This document shows positions 29,119 to 39,990 of a DNA stretch of 64,000 nt, one piece after another. Both the position numbers and the translations under genes were made by a program. Each line of letters begins with the position of its first letter. Within the stretch, counting starts at the first letter, position 1. Source of the stretch: Candidatus Poribacteria bacterium. Lineage in GTDB: Bacteria > Poribacteria > WGA-4E > PCPOR2b. The notes beneath the pieces are model-generated. The model had not been told where the DNA came from, did no database searches, and saw only the letters and a list, made by a program, of their open reading frames with translations. The stretch lies in NCBI GenBank assembly GCA_965116925.1, contig OZ220744.1, positions 4,064,001 to 4,128,000 of the forward strand, given 5' to 3'.

Positions 29119-29250
29119 GACTCATGTCAGAAGACAGTACAAACCGCAAGGAGCGTGAAACGTGATGCGTGAAACGTGAAAATCATTTGTTTATTGGTGC
29201 AGTCGGGCTAGGCAATCCCGATTTTGTCGCACGGTTTCTTAACATGATCC
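29119..29250. mobile_element. MITE family D, degenerate, carrying heptamer (CGTGAAA-like) repeats
   Basis: Ends GACTCATGT / AACATGATCC; flanks AAATCGGA/AAACCGGA. Confidence 0.6.
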
Positions 29251-29302
29251 AAACCGGAAAATAGTTTTTGATGCCTTGGATAGGAGCAGGGGAAAAATTA
29301 AC

Positions 29303-29728
29303 ATGGATGACATCACATTCGAGTATTCAATCGATTCTGTCAACTGGACAGAATTGGTTGAGGTGTATCGCTTGGCACCGTTGGGCAACTACGATCCGGA
29401 ACGGCTACAATGCGCTTACGAAACGAGTCAGGTCTGCTGCTTTGTATACCGCGGTACTCAGTTGATTGGTGCCGGACGAGGATTGTCTGATGGGGAATAC
29501 TTCGCTTTCATTTGTGATATCGTTGTACTACCGGAATTTCAACGACAAGGGATAGGGACACGCATCATGAACGCGATGTCGGAGAGGTTAGCCGCTGAAA
29601 AAGTACTTCTGGCTTGTGTGATTGGGCAGGAAGACTTCTATAGAAAGCTGGGGTTCTTGAAACATAAATCCGTCATGGCTCTGTATCCGAATGCTGAACA
29701 GTATAAGGAAATCGGGCTTTTGGAATGA
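29303..29728 (+). CDS. GNAT N-acetyltransferase
   Basis: DIVVLPEFQRQGIG, FYRKLGF. Confidence 0.9.
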   Translation: MDDITFEYSIDSVNWTELVEVYRLAPLGNYDPERLQCAYETSQVCCFVYRGTQLIGAGRGLSDGEYFAFICDIVVLPEFQRQGIGTRIMNAMSERLAAEKVLLACVIGQEDFYRKLGFLKHKSVMALYPNAEQYKEIGLLE

Positions 29729-29739
29729 AGGAGGGCAAC

Positions 29740-30510
29740 ATGGAACGTCTTGAATACGGAAACACAGGACTCGAAATTTCGCGCCTTTGCTTTGGTGCGG
29801 GACATCTCAATAAGGTCTGTGCAAGCTACGCAGAGGGCGGTAACTTGTTACGTGAGGCATTTGATCAGGGGATTACCTTCTGGGATACGGCTGAAGGGTA
29901 TGGCAGCCAGCCACATTTGGGTGCGGCGTTGAAGGGACTTGCGCGTGACCGAGTGGTTATCCAAACGAAAACGGGGGCCCTGGATTATGACGGTGCCCGC
30001 AAGAGTATCGAACGCTCCCTCCGGGAAATGGGGACCGATTACATCGACGTGCTTTTGTTGCATGGCGTTTCCTCACCTGAAGATTTGGAATCGCGGGATG
30101 GAGCTTTGTCAGCATTTCTGGATGCCAAGAATGAAGGGATTGTTCGTGTCATCGGTTGCTCGACGCACCTCTTTACGGGACCTGTGATGGACGCCGTCAT
30201 CGATCACTCTGAGATTCAGGTCATCTTGGCAACAGCGAACAAGGAGGGTAGAATGTTGGAGGGTGGTCCGTTTGATCGGCATCTTGAGTATCTCCAGCGT
30301 GCTTACGACCTCGGCAAGGGGTTGAGTATTATGAAGGTCATCGCAGCGGGAGATCTCCCTGAATCAGAGCTTGAAGATTGGATCCGCTGGGGATTTGAGT
30401 TAGAGATTGCACACGGCATCAATCTCGGTATGTCCAACCGTTCAGAGATCGATTTCGATGTACGGATCGCGCGTCAACATGCGAGGCAACGTCTGCGCAA
30501 GGTTGCGTGA
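29740..30510 (+). CDS. Aldo/keto reductase
   Basis: GNTGLEISRLCFG, DTAEGYG, TDYIDVLLLH. Confidence 0.9.
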   Translation: MERLEYGNTGLEISRLCFGAGHLNKVCASYAEGGNLLREAFDQGITFWDTAEGYGSQPHLGAALKGLARDRVVIQTKTGALDYDGARKSIERSLREMGTDYIDVLLLHGVSSPEDLESRDGALSAFLDAKNEGIVRVIGCSTHLFTGPVMDAVIDHSEIQVILATANKEGRMLEGGPFDRHLEYLQRAYDLGKGLSIMKVIAAGDLPESELEDWIRWGFELEIAHGINLGMSNRSEIDFDVRIARQHARQRLRKVA

Positions 30511-30551
30511 AAAGCCCTGAGAATTTTTCACCTGTCAAAGGAGGTTTCAAC

Positions 30552-31580
30552 ATGACAGAACATACGCATAACGCTTCACCTACATCTACCGTGATTCCTG
30601 CTTCCGAGACGGCTGAACGGATGGCAGTCGCCTGCGCGAACTTTTTAGAGACCTTGACGCCGGCGCTGCGGCGAAAGACAGAATTCGCGTTTGAAGATGG
30701 TGAACGTCAACGCTGGCACTACATCCCACGCGAGATGTTCGATCGCAAAGGGGTATATCTCCAAGAAATGAATCAGAAGCAACGAGAGGCGGCGTTCAGT
30801 CTGCTCGCCACCGGATTAAGCCGGACAGGCTATCAGAAAGCAACAGCAATTATTGATTTGGAAGCTACACTCGGTGAGCAGGAGCGGATGGAAGGGGTTG
30901 CACAACTTGCCCGAGATCCCGAACTCTACGCTTTCAGCGTTTTTGGAGATCCGACGAACCACGGTCCTTGGGGATGGCGGGCGGAAGGACATCACGTCTC
31001 GCTCCATTTTACCGTTGTGAACCGGGAGTTGATTACGCCAAATCCGTTTTTCTTTGGATCCAATCCCGCAGAGGTTCGACATGGACCCGATAAGGGGCTG
31101 CGGATATTGTCCGCAGAAGAAGACCTTGCCAGACAGCTTCTGGGATCTTTCAATCCAGATCAGAAAAGCAGAACGGTTATCCACGAAACGGCCCCCGCGG
31201 ATATCCTGACGCGAGATGTTCCAAAAGTCCAACTTGATGCCGCTGAAGGGTTGGCAGTCGAGTCGATGACAACCGCACAACGTGAGGTTTTAGCGCAGCT
31301 TATTGACACTTACATCGATCGTTTACCTGAACAGTTGGCGAAAATTGAGGAGCAGAAGCTGCGCGATGCGGGTATAAATGATATTCACTTCGCTTGGGCA
31401 GGACCGGCGAATCGCGGCCAGCCGCATTACTACCGGCTTCACGGTCCCTTCTTCTTTGTGGAATATGACAACACGCAAAACAGCGCAAACCATATCCACA
31501 CCGTTTGGCGACATATCGAGGATGACTTCGGTGTAGATCTGCTCCGTTCCCACTATCAGAACGGACACCATCACGCCTAA
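30552..31580 (+). CDS. DUF3500 family protein
   Basis: WGWRAEGHHVS, PFFFGSNP, FAWAG, YYRLHGP, NHIHTVWR. Confidence 0.85.
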   Translation: MTEHTHNASPTSTVIPASETAERMAVACANFLETLTPALRRKTEFAFEDGERQRWHYIPREMFDRKGVYLQEMNQKQREAAFSLLATGLSRTGYQKATAIIDLEATLGEQERMEGVAQLARDPELYAFSVFGDPTNHGPWGWRAEGHHVSLHFTVVNRELITPNPFFFGSNPAEVRHGPDKGLRILSAEEDLARQLLGSFNPDQKSRTVIHETAPADILTRDVPKVQLDAAEGLAVESMTTAQREVLAQLIDTYIDRLPEQLAKIEEQKLRDAGINDIHFAWAGPANRGQPHYYRLHGPFFFVEYDNTQNSANHIHTVWRHIEDDFGVDLLRSHYQNGHHHA

Positions 31581-31633
31581 AACGGAGTTCGACACTGATG
31601 AACCGTGCGGAGGTGCAGATTCTTCGCACGGTT

Positions 31634-32557
31634 TTATGACTCGAGCCGGTTCGCCCGAAACCACTCATATATCAACACACTCCCCGCCACCGCCACGTTG
31701 AGCGATTCCACCTTGCCTGTCATAGGTAGCCGCGCCCACCCTTCGACTTGGGCCCGCACAGCATCGGATATGCCTCGCACGTCATGCCCCAGAACGATGG
31801 CGACCCGACCTTTCCAGTTTTCCTGATTCCAGAATTTGCCGAGATGCGGATCCGCTCCCATCGTTCTGAATCCTTTTTCATGCAACCATCTAAAAAGCCC
31901 TGGAATGTCAGCTATCTCCATAAGGGGGACGCTGAACAGTGAACCGTGACTTCCTCTTACAGATTTAGGGTGGAAGATGTCCACGCAGGGTGGGATCAGA
32001 AAAACGGCTGCAGCGCCAACGGCATCTGCAGTACGGAGAATCATCCCTAGATTGCTTGGCGTTTGTGTTCCATCAAGCACAAGGATTAGTTCATCGCCGG
32101 TCAAAGCGATGTCCTGAAAGGACACCTCAAATCGGGCAAAAGTTGCCACAATATGTGTCTGTATGACATGGGGCGGTGCCTTATTGGGGGATGCGTATAC
32201 GTTGCCTGCAGCAGCCGATAGTGTATGCAACACTTGAGTCGATACTGGAGCAAGGGTTGCGCCCGCTTTTCGCAAGCGATTGAGAAGCTGCTGTACTGCT
32301 TTCTCACCGCATTGTTCTTCACAGTAGAAGACTTCGATCGGTTGTATCCCTGCATCCAGTGCTAGGTGCAAGATTTCAAACCCCTCAACGAGGAAGCGTC
32401 CTTGACGCTGACGGTGTTTGCGTGTCTGAAGTTTGCGGGCAGCGACAACTCGCCGGTTGTTGACGCTAGTAATAATGGAATGGTGCTGAGGGGATATGGG
32501 TTTGTGTTTCGGCAAGACACTGTTCTCCTGCGCCGTATGGAAGCGGCCTAGGATCAC
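31634..32557 (-). CDS. TrmH/SpoU family RNA 2'-O-methyltransferase
   Basis: P.NLG.ILRTADA, LPM.G.VESLNVAVA; start uncertain. Confidence 0.9.
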   Translation of the reverse strand: MILGRFHTAQENSVLPKHKPISPQHHSIITSVNNRRVVAARKLQTRKHRQRQGRFLVEGFEILHLALDAGIQPIEVFYCEEQCGEKAVQQLLNRLRKAGATLAPVSTQVLHTLSAAAGNVYASPNKAPPHVIQTHIVATFARFEVSFQDIALTGDELILVLDGTQTPSNLGMILRTADAVGAAAVFLIPPCVDIFHPKSVRGSHGSLFSVPLMEIADIPGLFRWLHEKGFRTMGADPHLGKFWNQENWKGRVAIVLGHDVRGISDAVRAQVEGWARLPMTGKVESLNVAVAGSVLIYEWFRANRLES

Positions 32558-32598
32558 AATCTAACAGATTGCGGTACAAAAGACTACTTTTATGAAAT

Positions 32599-32730
32599 GG
32601 CTCATATAAAAAGAAAGTGCAAAACACAAAGCGAAATCGTAGGGGCGGGGTCTCCCCGCCCGCCGTAAGGGTTGGGGGACCCAATCCCTACGAACATTCA
32701 GTTTCTTTGCACTAAATCTTAACATGAGCG
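32599..32730. mobile_element. MITE family D carrying a GTAG-REP doublet (REPIN-like)
   Basis: GGCTCAT...CATGAGCG ends, exact 8-bp TSD TATGAAAT; internal GTAGGGGCGGG..CCCTAC. Confidence 0.85.
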
Positions 32731-32899
32731 TATGAAATAAACTTGAGGAAAAGAGACGCCCCGATGAAAAACTGAGTTGGGTTTCACTCTATCCGTCTAT
32801 AAGCAGGTGTTGTTGAACGACCAAGTCTCTATTGCACTTGATAGGGATTGACGTTTAACCGTTCAACCCAACCTACGGACCGTCAAATGTTAACAAAAC

Positions 32900-33757
32900 C
32901 TAAACACTGGCGAGAACCACACGCTCAATACCAGCATAATCTTTGATAACTTCACAGCGTTTATATGCTAGTTGTGATTTAATGAGGTCTTGAACAGGGT
33001 GGCTTTGATTATAACCGATCTCCAAGATGAGTTTTCCCTCCGGATTCAGAAACTGTGGTGCGTCTGTTACGATCCGTCGAATGATGTCAAGACCATCAGT
33101 GCCAGCAAAGAGCGCGATTTCCGGCTCGTGCTCTCGTACATCCAAGGGAAGGGTTGACGCCTCGTCTGTGCCCACATAAGGCGGGTTGGAAGCAATCCAG
33201 TCAAAACGGGGGTTGGGTAGTTGTTGCAGCGGTTCAAACAGATCGCCCTGTAGGAACGTGAGTCGATCTGTGCAGTCGTGAGTGAGTGCATTCTGCTGAG
33301 CAACTTCTAAGGCTTCCGTTGAGAAATCTGTGGCAATCAACTCCCAATCAGGGCGGTGATGACCAGAACTAATCGCAATGGCACCGCAACCTGTTCCGAT
33401 ATCCACGAACCGGCAAGGCTCCTGCTGATGCTGTAATACTGTCTCAACTAGAGTTTCTGTCTCGGGTCGTGGAATTAGCACACGTGAATCTACATAGAAG
33501 TCCAATGACATAAACTCTTTGTGGTTGGTAAGGTAACTCACAGGCGTGTGCGCTATCCGTTTTTTGATTAGCTCCCGAAATTTCGATAACGCCTCTTGGA
33601 ACACAGGCATCTCGAAGGAGAGATAGAGTTGTAAACGGCTCTTTTGCAGGAGGTGTCCGAGCAACAATTCCGCGTCTAACCGCGGGGTGGGGATTTCGTG
33701 ACGTTCAAAATACTCTGTCGTCCACTCGATAAGATCGATCACGTGCCAAGTTTTCAC
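32900..33757 (-). CDS. prmC: Release factor glutamine methyltransferase
   Basis: VLIPRPETE, DIGTGCG, SNPPY; overlaps prfA stop. Confidence 0.95.
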   Translation of the reverse strand: MKTWHVIDLIEWTTEYFERHEIPTPRLDAELLLGHLLQKSRLQLYLSFEMPVFQEALSKFRELIKKRIAHTPVSYLTNHKEFMSLDFYVDSRVLIPRPETETLVETVLQHQQEPCRFVDIGTGCGAIAISSGHHRPDWELIATDFSTEALEVAQQNALTHDCTDRLTFLQGDLFEPLQQLPNPRFDWIASNPPYVGTDEASTLPLDVREHEPEIALFAGTDGLDIIRRIVTDAPQFLNPEGKLILEIGYNQSHPVQDLIKSQLAYKRCEVIKDYAGIERVVLASV

Positions 33758-34824
33758 GACGATAGGTTCTTTAATTGCTCTGCTTGGTCAGCGTCTATCA
33801 AGGCATCAATGAAAGTGTCGATGTCTCCATCTAAAACTGCATCTAACTGATGAACGCTTAGACCGATCCGATGGTCTGTCACCCGACTCTGGGGAAAGTT
33901 ATACGTGCGAATTTTTTCACTTCGATCGCCGCTGCCAATCATAGATCTCCGCGTTTGCGCACGTTCAGCGTCCTGCTCAGCTTGCATCTGCTCAAGTAGA
34001 CGGGATCGCAGAATCTTCATTGCCTTGGCTCTGTTTTTATGTTGAGATTTTTCATCTTGGCAGGATACGGTGAGCCCTGTAGGAATGTATGTGACTCGTA
34101 CCGCTGAATCGGTTGTATTGACGCTCTGGCCGCCTGGTCCTGATGAACGGAACGTTTCAATCTGCAAATCTTCTGCGTCAATCTTGAGATCAACCTCTGC
34201 CGCCTCCGGCAAGACGGCGACAGTCACCGCGGATGTGTGGATGCGACCACTGGCTTCCGTTGTGGGGACGCGCTGCACACGGTGTGTACCGCCTTCAAAC
34301 TTTAGCCGGCTATATGTCCATTTTCCATTAATCGAAAAAATAACCTCTTTGAAACCTTTCAAGCCGGTTGCATTGGAGTTGAGGAGCTCTATTTTCCAGC
34401 CCTTCTGGTCGGCATATCTTGAATACATCCGGAAAAGCTCTCCGGCAAATAAGCTGGCTTCTTCGCCCCCTGTTCCCGCTCGGATCTCTACAATCACATT
34501 CTTCTCGTCGTTTGCATCCTTCGGGATTAACAAGATTTTCAACTCTGTTTCTAAGTCGTTTTTCTGTTCAGTAAGCCCGTCAAGCTCTTGCTTGGCAAAG
34601 GCGATGAATTCAGCATCGGTCTCTTGTTCAAGCAGGGCGGCGGTTTCCTCAATCTCTTTCGTTGTTTTTTGATACGCCGTATACTTTGAAACAATCGGTG
34701 CGAGTTCTGCGTGCGACTTTGCAAGGTTTTGCAGGTTTTGCTGATCAGCAATCTGCGCAGGATCGGCTAAACTTTTTTCGATTTCCAGATATCTTGTTTC
34801 TATCTCTTTTAACTTCTCAAGCAT
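33754..34824 (-). CDS. prfA: Peptide chain release factor 1
   Basis: GGQ motif, PxT (VPTTE) motif, RTYNFPQ. Confidence 0.97.
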   Translation of the reverse strand: MLEKLKEIETRYLEIEKSLADPAQIADQQNLQNLAKSHAELAPIVSKYTAYQKTTKEIEETAALLEQETDAEFIAFAKQELDGLTEQKNDLETELKILLIPKDANDEKNVIVEIRAGTGGEEASLFAGELFRMYSRYADQKGWKIELLNSNATGLKGFKEVIFSINGKWTYSRLKFEGGTHRVQRVPTTEASGRIHTSAVTVAVLPEAAEVDLKIDAEDLQIETFRSSGPGGQSVNTTDSAVRVTYIPTGLTVSCQDEKSQHKNRAKAMKILRSRLLEQMQAEQDAERAQTRRSMIGSGDRSEKIRTYNFPQSRVTDHRIGLSVHQLDAVLDGDIDTFIDALIDADQAEQLKNLSS

Positions 34825-34845
34825 AATTGGGTTATCACTTTAATA

Positions 34846-35688
34846 TTAAGCGGAGGTTGACACCGTTTCATTGGTAGCGTTGAGATTTGGATTTTCCATC
34901 CCGAAACCAGCTTCGCGCCGTTTGGTCGATTCGATTCGCGCTTTCTTGTACCACGCCTTAAACTCAGGCGTCCAAGCACTGTCGTGTAATGTTGCTCGTT
35001 TGCGATAGGGGACGTAGTTGCCCAGATGCCAGAGTGTATTTCGGTAGAGCGCGAAATCCCCTGCTTCTAGATGCAACTGTACCGCTCCGGGCATACTGCG
35101 ACAGTATTCGAGGCAGAGCGGTTCCCGCTCTTCAGCGGATTTGCCGTCAAGGTCCACACCCGGTATCGGTCGATCTGGGAAGCGTTCAATTTCCGCTGGT
35201 AAGTCTCGCCTCAGATGACTACCGAAGACAAACCATGTCGAACTGTCTTCATACAAGGCGCAATTGATCTGATTGAAATGGTTGATGTCGTTAAACACCT
35301 CATCCCACATTGAGAGTAGCAAACCTGCGGCGTTATCGCGCCAGTCACGGTGCCACGGCGTGCAATATGGCAGATCCGCAGGTTCAAACAGAATGCCAAA
35401 GTGGTCTCGATCGCCATGCCGATGACGCGGCGTTAGGATCTTAGCGATGGCATCAACTAGTGGTGGTAGATTGGCGTAGTCAATGAAAGGTTGCTGGTCA
35501 AGGTCGTAGTTTGCAACAGGTTGGAGTCGCTGCACTTGAGGACCACTTTGCTCACGGGCAATTGCTCTCGCCCTATCACTGATTTGTCGCAGATCTCGAA
35601 TCAGTGAAGGGGGAAGAATCTTTCGGAAAACTGTGTAACCGAGCATATGGTATTCTTCAATATGTTTATCAGATACTTGAAACCCCAT
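34846..35688 (-). CDS. PhyH-like dioxygenase family protein
   Basis: GY.VF..I N-terminus, WHRD, LWH.G...RATLH. Confidence 0.75.
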   Translation of the reverse strand: MGFQVSDKHIEEYHMLGYTVFRKILPPSLIRDLRQISDRARAIAREQSGPQVQRLQPVANYDLDQQPFIDYANLPPLVDAIAKILTPRHRHGDRDHFGILFEPADLPYCTPWHRDWRDNAAGLLLSMWDEVFNDINHFNQINCALYEDSSTWFVFGSHLRRDLPAEIERFPDRPIPGVDLDGKSAEEREPLCLEYCRSMPGAVQLHLEAGDFALYRNTLWHLGNYVPYRKRATLHDSAWTPEFKAWYKKARIESTKRREAGFGMENPNLNATNETVSTSA

Positions 35689-35886
35689 GCGTTACTTTCT
35701 CCTCCACCTTCTATTTACTGCGATTTTTTTCAGAACCTCAGAAGGGCAGACGGTCGCTTGTACAATTTATCAGTTGACCCCTGCCCTCTCCTGTTTGATA
35801 GCCCCCCATTCAGTGCTGTCACGACACAACGCTTGCATTCTGAAGGGTTCAGCTGCCGGCCTTTATGACTAAACTTTATGGCTCAT

Positions 35887-36096
35887 TTAATTTTCATCGG
35901 CAAGACCGTATCTGCGACGGAAGCTTTCTACACGTCCCGCCGTATCAACAATTGTCTGCTGTCCTGAATAAAATGGGTGACACTTTGAACAAATTTCTAC
36001 GCGGATTTGGGGTTTTGTAGAATAGGTTGTATATGTTGCACCACAGACACAATTGATGACGCATTCCATTGTTTCTGGGTGGATATCTGATTTCAT
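35887..36096 (-). CDS. rpmE: 50S ribosomal protein L31 (Zn-binding type A)
   Basis: [25 protein letters not shown]. Confidence 0.97.
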   Translation of the reverse strand: MKSDIHPETMECVINCVCGATYTTYSTKPQIRVEICSKCHPFYSGQQTIVDTAGRVESFRRRYGLADEN

Positions 36097-36137
36097 GAGG
36101 ATCTTCACCTCCTTGTTGCTTAATGGTCAACTCAGCC

Positions 36138-37469
36138 CTACCACTGATACCGTCCACTGCGGGCGGGCCCGTTAGCTTTGGTGTTGTTTATCATCATATC
36201 AATAAACTGCTCATTTGTCTCTGTTTTTCCTAAGTGTTCGACAAGGAGTTCCATTGATTCAGCGGTGTTCATCTGCCCCATGAATTTGCGCAGAATCCAT
36301 GCCTTGCTGAGTATCTCTGGTTTTAGCAGCAGTTCCTCGCGTCGGGTCTTTGATTTGCCGATGTCGATGGATGGGAAGATACGCCGCTCTAGCAGAGAAC
36401 GCTCTAGGTGGATCTCCATGTTTGCAGTCCCTTTTAGTTCTTCATAAATATGCTCATCGCCTCGGCTTTCGGTATCAACCAATACGGTGGCTATAATCGT
36501 TAAGCTGCCGCCTTCCTCAAACTTTCGTGCCGCCCCGAAAAACTGACGCGGTTTCATAAATGCCAGTGCGTCAATACCGCCTGACAATGTTTTACCACTG
36601 TGCGGTGCGACAACGTTACAGGCTCGCACGAGACGTGTCATGCTATCGAGCATAATCACCACATCTTTGCCATATTCGACCCATCGCTTCGCTTTTTCAA
36701 TGACCATATCCGCAACTTGCACGTGTCGTTCTGGATGCTCATCAAAGGTTGAACTGATAACCTCCCCTTTTATGGACCGGGAAACATCTGTCACCTCTTC
36801 CGGACGCTCATCAATCAACAGGAAAATGAGCATCACTTCCGGATGATTCTTCTCAATACCGTGTGCGATATTTTTTAAGATTGTGGTTTTGCCGCTGTAA
36901 GGTGGGGCTACAATCAGTCCACGCTGCCCCTTACCGATCGGGGACATCAAATCCGTAATACGTGTAGAAAACTCTTTCGGATTATGTTCAAGTATTAGTT
37001 GCTCATAAGGGTAAACAGGGGTCAAGTTATCGAAAAGGATTTTATCCTTTGCGACTGCTGGGGCTTCGTCATTGACTTTTTCAATTTTCAACAATGCGAA
37101 GTAAAATTCATCTTTATCGCCTCCCTTTTTAGGGGGCCGGATTTGTCCCTGAACCTCGTGACCTGTACGAAGATCAAATTTTCGTATTTGCGAGGGCGAG
37201 ACATAAATATCATCGGTACTTTGCAAATAGTTATAGCTTGATGACCGAAGAAACCCGTATTTTTCTGGTAAAATTTCAAGGATACCCTCTCCGAACAATA
37301 GGCCGCTGCTTTCTGCTTTGGCTTCAACAATTTGGGCAATGAGCTCCTGTTTGCGGAGGCTACTGTATCCTGTCAGCCCCAGCTTCCGAGCCATACCATT
37401 CAATTCGGAGATCGTCATCTCTTGAAGTTTGACAATGTCCACATTCTCCATAATTTTGTTGCTCCTCAT
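36138..37469 (-). CDS. rho: Transcription termination factor Rho
   Basis: [33 protein letters not shown]. Confidence 0.98.
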   Translation of the reverse strand: MRSNKIMENVDIVKLQEMTISELNGMARKLGLTGYSSLRKQELIAQIVEAKAESSGLLFGEGILEILPEKYGFLRSSSYNYLQSTDDIYVSPSQIRKFDLRTGHEVQGQIRPPKKGGDKDEFYFALLKIEKVNDEAPAVAKDKILFDNLTPVYPYEQLILEHNPKEFSTRITDLMSPIGKGQRGLIVAPPYSGKTTILKNIAHGIEKNHPEVMLIFLLIDERPEEVTDVSRSIKGEVISSTFDEHPERHVQVADMVIEKAKRWVEYGKDVVIMLDSMTRLVRACNVVAPHSGKTLSGGIDALAFMKPRQFFGAARKFEEGGSLTIIATVLVDTESRGDEHIYEELKGTANMEIHLERSLLERRIFPSIDIGKSKTRREELLLKPEILSKAWILRKFMGQMNTAESMELLVEHLGKTETNEQFIDMMINNTKANGPARSGRYQW

Positions 37470-37971
37470 TGCGAGATTCTAACTGCTTGCAGATTGCCTA
37501 ATACTCATGTCTTTCATACTAATCCAAAATTGCACAAAGCATTTGCAGTAGACACTCCACGGTTAACGCTACGTTTCGGGAAAAGATGGTATACGCCGGA
37601 CGATCATGTAACAGGTAAGTAGCAACCTCATAAAAAAAGATGTGCAATTACTCACTAGTTTGTTTTTATAGACTACAACTTATGATCGTTGGCAGCATAG
37701 TGGTGGGAAATTATCGAAAAGAAAGTTGGATTAAATTAAGATAGAAAGACAAGGATACGCAGAATAGTGGTTGGTTAAGTGGTGAATTATAAGGAATTCC
37801 CAAACGGGTAACATAGAAGAGGCATCAAATCGGTGTTTGAAGGCGTTCAAGATAATACGAAATATAGCAGCGGACGGCTGTCGGTGGGAATTATTCCTAT
37901 TGATGCTAAAATTATACATTAATGGACCGTACAACGTCAAGCATTTTATTTGAGAACTATAAAAATATTCA

Positions 37972-38112
37972 TAGGGCTTACGCGAATTGAACAGAAAATT
38001 GGTATATTTTGCTGAAAAGTCGTTATTTGGTCGCATCTAACCCCCTAAATCCCCCTTGTCAGGGGGACTTTGGAAGATCAGGGGGACTTTAAGAGGAAAT
38101 GCGTAAGTCCCC
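37972..38112. mobile_element. MITE family A, subtype with CCCCTAAATCCCCC..GGGGGACTT cargo
   Basis: Ends TAGGGCTTACGC/GCGTAAGTCCCC; 5-bp TSD ATTCA. Confidence 0.8.
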
Positions 38113-38199
38113 ATTCAAACGGATGAATAGATAAAACCTTCAACCTTAGTGACTTTTCTCAATTTTCCCGATGAGAATGAACGGGAACGGTTATGAATC

Positions 38200-39210
38200 T
38201 TACGGCTCTAAACTTGCTGCATCGTCCGTCTGTGTCTCACTTTCTACGCCGGCTGTCAGCTGCAAGAAAAGTTCCTCGAGTGTCATTTCGATGGAACGCA
38301 TCTCAAGCAAATTCCAACCGTGCTGAATGATGCTTGATGAAACTGCTGCGCGAATATCTGTATTCAGTTCATAATTGATGTGGAATGTTGGATTGACGTT
38401 ATCGTTTAAGCCTCGGCTTTCGACACGGCTGACACCGGGGAGATTTTCGAGGACGGTTTTGACCTCTGCTTCTGGACCCGATACCTCTATATAAAGGGTT
38501 TTGGTATCGCCCAACTCTGTATGCCCATCGTCACCTGTGTCAATGGAAACGGCGCGCCCTTCCGAAAGTTTTACACCACCGGCGATCTTACCGTCATTAA
38601 TCACAATCAACCGCTCACAGGTCATACTCGCTTCGGGGAGGATGTGTGTACTGAGGATGATTGTGTGTTCCTTGCCAAGTGCCTTGATCAGTTCACGGAT
38701 TTCAATAATCTGCCGTGGATCGAGTCCGGCTGTAGGTTCGTCGAGAACAATGACATCTGGATCGTGGATTAGTGCCTGCGCCAAACCAACACGCTGGCGA
38801 TAGCCTTTGGACAACTGTCCGATAATCTGACCTCGCCGCTCGGTCAAACCACAGGATTCAACCGCCACCTCCAATCGCTCGGTACGCTTGCTTCGCGGCA
38901 CGCCTTTAATTTTTGACACAAACTTGAGATAGCCGGTGACGGTCATTTCTGGATAGAGCGGCACACTTTCGGGTAGGTAACCGATATGCTTACGAACATC
39001 CAAGGATTGTTTGAAAACATCGTATCCTGCGACCGTTGCATTTCCGCTGCTGGCGGGCATAAAGCAGGTCAAAATTCGCATGGTGGTGGTTTTACCAGCA
39101 CCATTTGGGCCCAAAAAACCGATAACTTCGCCTTTGTCGATACGAAAGGAAATTCCTTTTAATGCCTGAAATGGTCCGTAATTTTTTGTGAGATTTTCAA
39201 CTTCGATCAT
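38200..39210 (-). CDS. ABC-2 type transporter ATP-binding protein (GldA-like)
   Basis: GPNGAGKTT, LSKGYRQR, LDEPT, STH. Confidence 0.92.
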   Translation of the reverse strand: MIEVENLTKNYGPFQALKGISFRIDKGEVIGFLGPNGAGKTTTMRILTCFMPASSGNATVAGYDVFKQSLDVRKHIGYLPESVPLYPEMTVTGYLKFVSKIKGVPRSKRTERLEVAVESCGLTERRGQIIGQLSKGYRQRVGLAQALIHDPDVIVLDEPTAGLDPRQIIEIRELIKALGKEHTIILSTHILPEASMTCERLIVINDGKIAGGVKLSEGRAVSIDTGDDGHTELGDTKTLYIEVSGPEAEVKTVLENLPGVSRVESRGLNDNVNPTFHINYELNTDIRAAVSSSIIQHGWNLLEMRSIEMTLEELFLQLTAGVESETQTDDAASLEP

Positions 39211-39586
39211 CCACCGATCTCCAGTAATAAATCTGTTTGCCATCATCAAGGAGTCATTGCCCTTCAAGCTGCGGCGTTGCTACGAAGTATCGCTTGAAAA
39301 TCCCGATGCCTTCCATATCATTATTTTCCTTAACGTTGGTGCAGCTACTTTGGTTACCAGACTCAAGCAATCGATAAAATAAGAGATGAATACACAATAA
39401 GGTTTAGGCTCCTGCTGTATTGATTTTACCTCTGTGAACGCTTTGACGGGATTTTGGACATAAGGTTGATTAGATGTTCGCTCCGACTATAGGATGTAGC
39501 AGAAATTTTTCGAGAATCGTAAAATTTGATATTACAACTGCTCTCGACAATCCTTTAAGATCCTTTAATTCTTCGGGCGGGGCAAG

Positions 39587-39819
39587 ATGAAGATTAATTT
39601 ATTAATTGGGTAATTTCCGAGCGATGTCCGGTGCGGTTGGATGAAGATTAAAAAAATAATTCGGTAATTTGCTAGCGACGCCGGCGCGGTTGAAAACCGC
39701 GCCTACCGTGTGTTTGGAGGCAAATCGGGATTACCGATTTAAATACTTAAACTTCATCCAACCGCACCTACCGGGTCTGGGGAAATATAGAATTACCCGT
39801 TTAATTTCTTAAAACCCAT
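39587..39819. mobile_element. Nested family B MITEs (outer 39587-39819, inner 39641-39757) in a GTAG-REP hairpin
   Basis: GGGCGGGGCAAG|outer|GATGCCCCGCCTAC (1-bp G dup); inner left end identical to IS630 left end; empty REP at 39683-39706. Confidence 0.9.
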
Positions 39820-39990
39820 GATGCCCCGCCTACGGATTCGGATCATTCCAAAATCACTCAAAAAACCGAAAGCTAAATAGCCCTAGCAATCCTTGAAATA
39901 CCGTTGACGCTCTCCGCAATCTTTGATATACTGAGCGCAGTTTGAGATACGATTTCATCTACTTAAAATCAATCCATCAAGGAGTGCAGC

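Noticed and set aside
34070..34672. Long antisense ORFs (also 62954-63583, 20490-20993, 40330-40842)
   Set aside because: Shadow ORFs opposite well-supported genes.
37470..37970. Long AT-rich region upstream of rho, including ORF 37731-38036
   Set aside because: Long rho leaders are expected from autoregulation; no convincing structure or coding signal seen.
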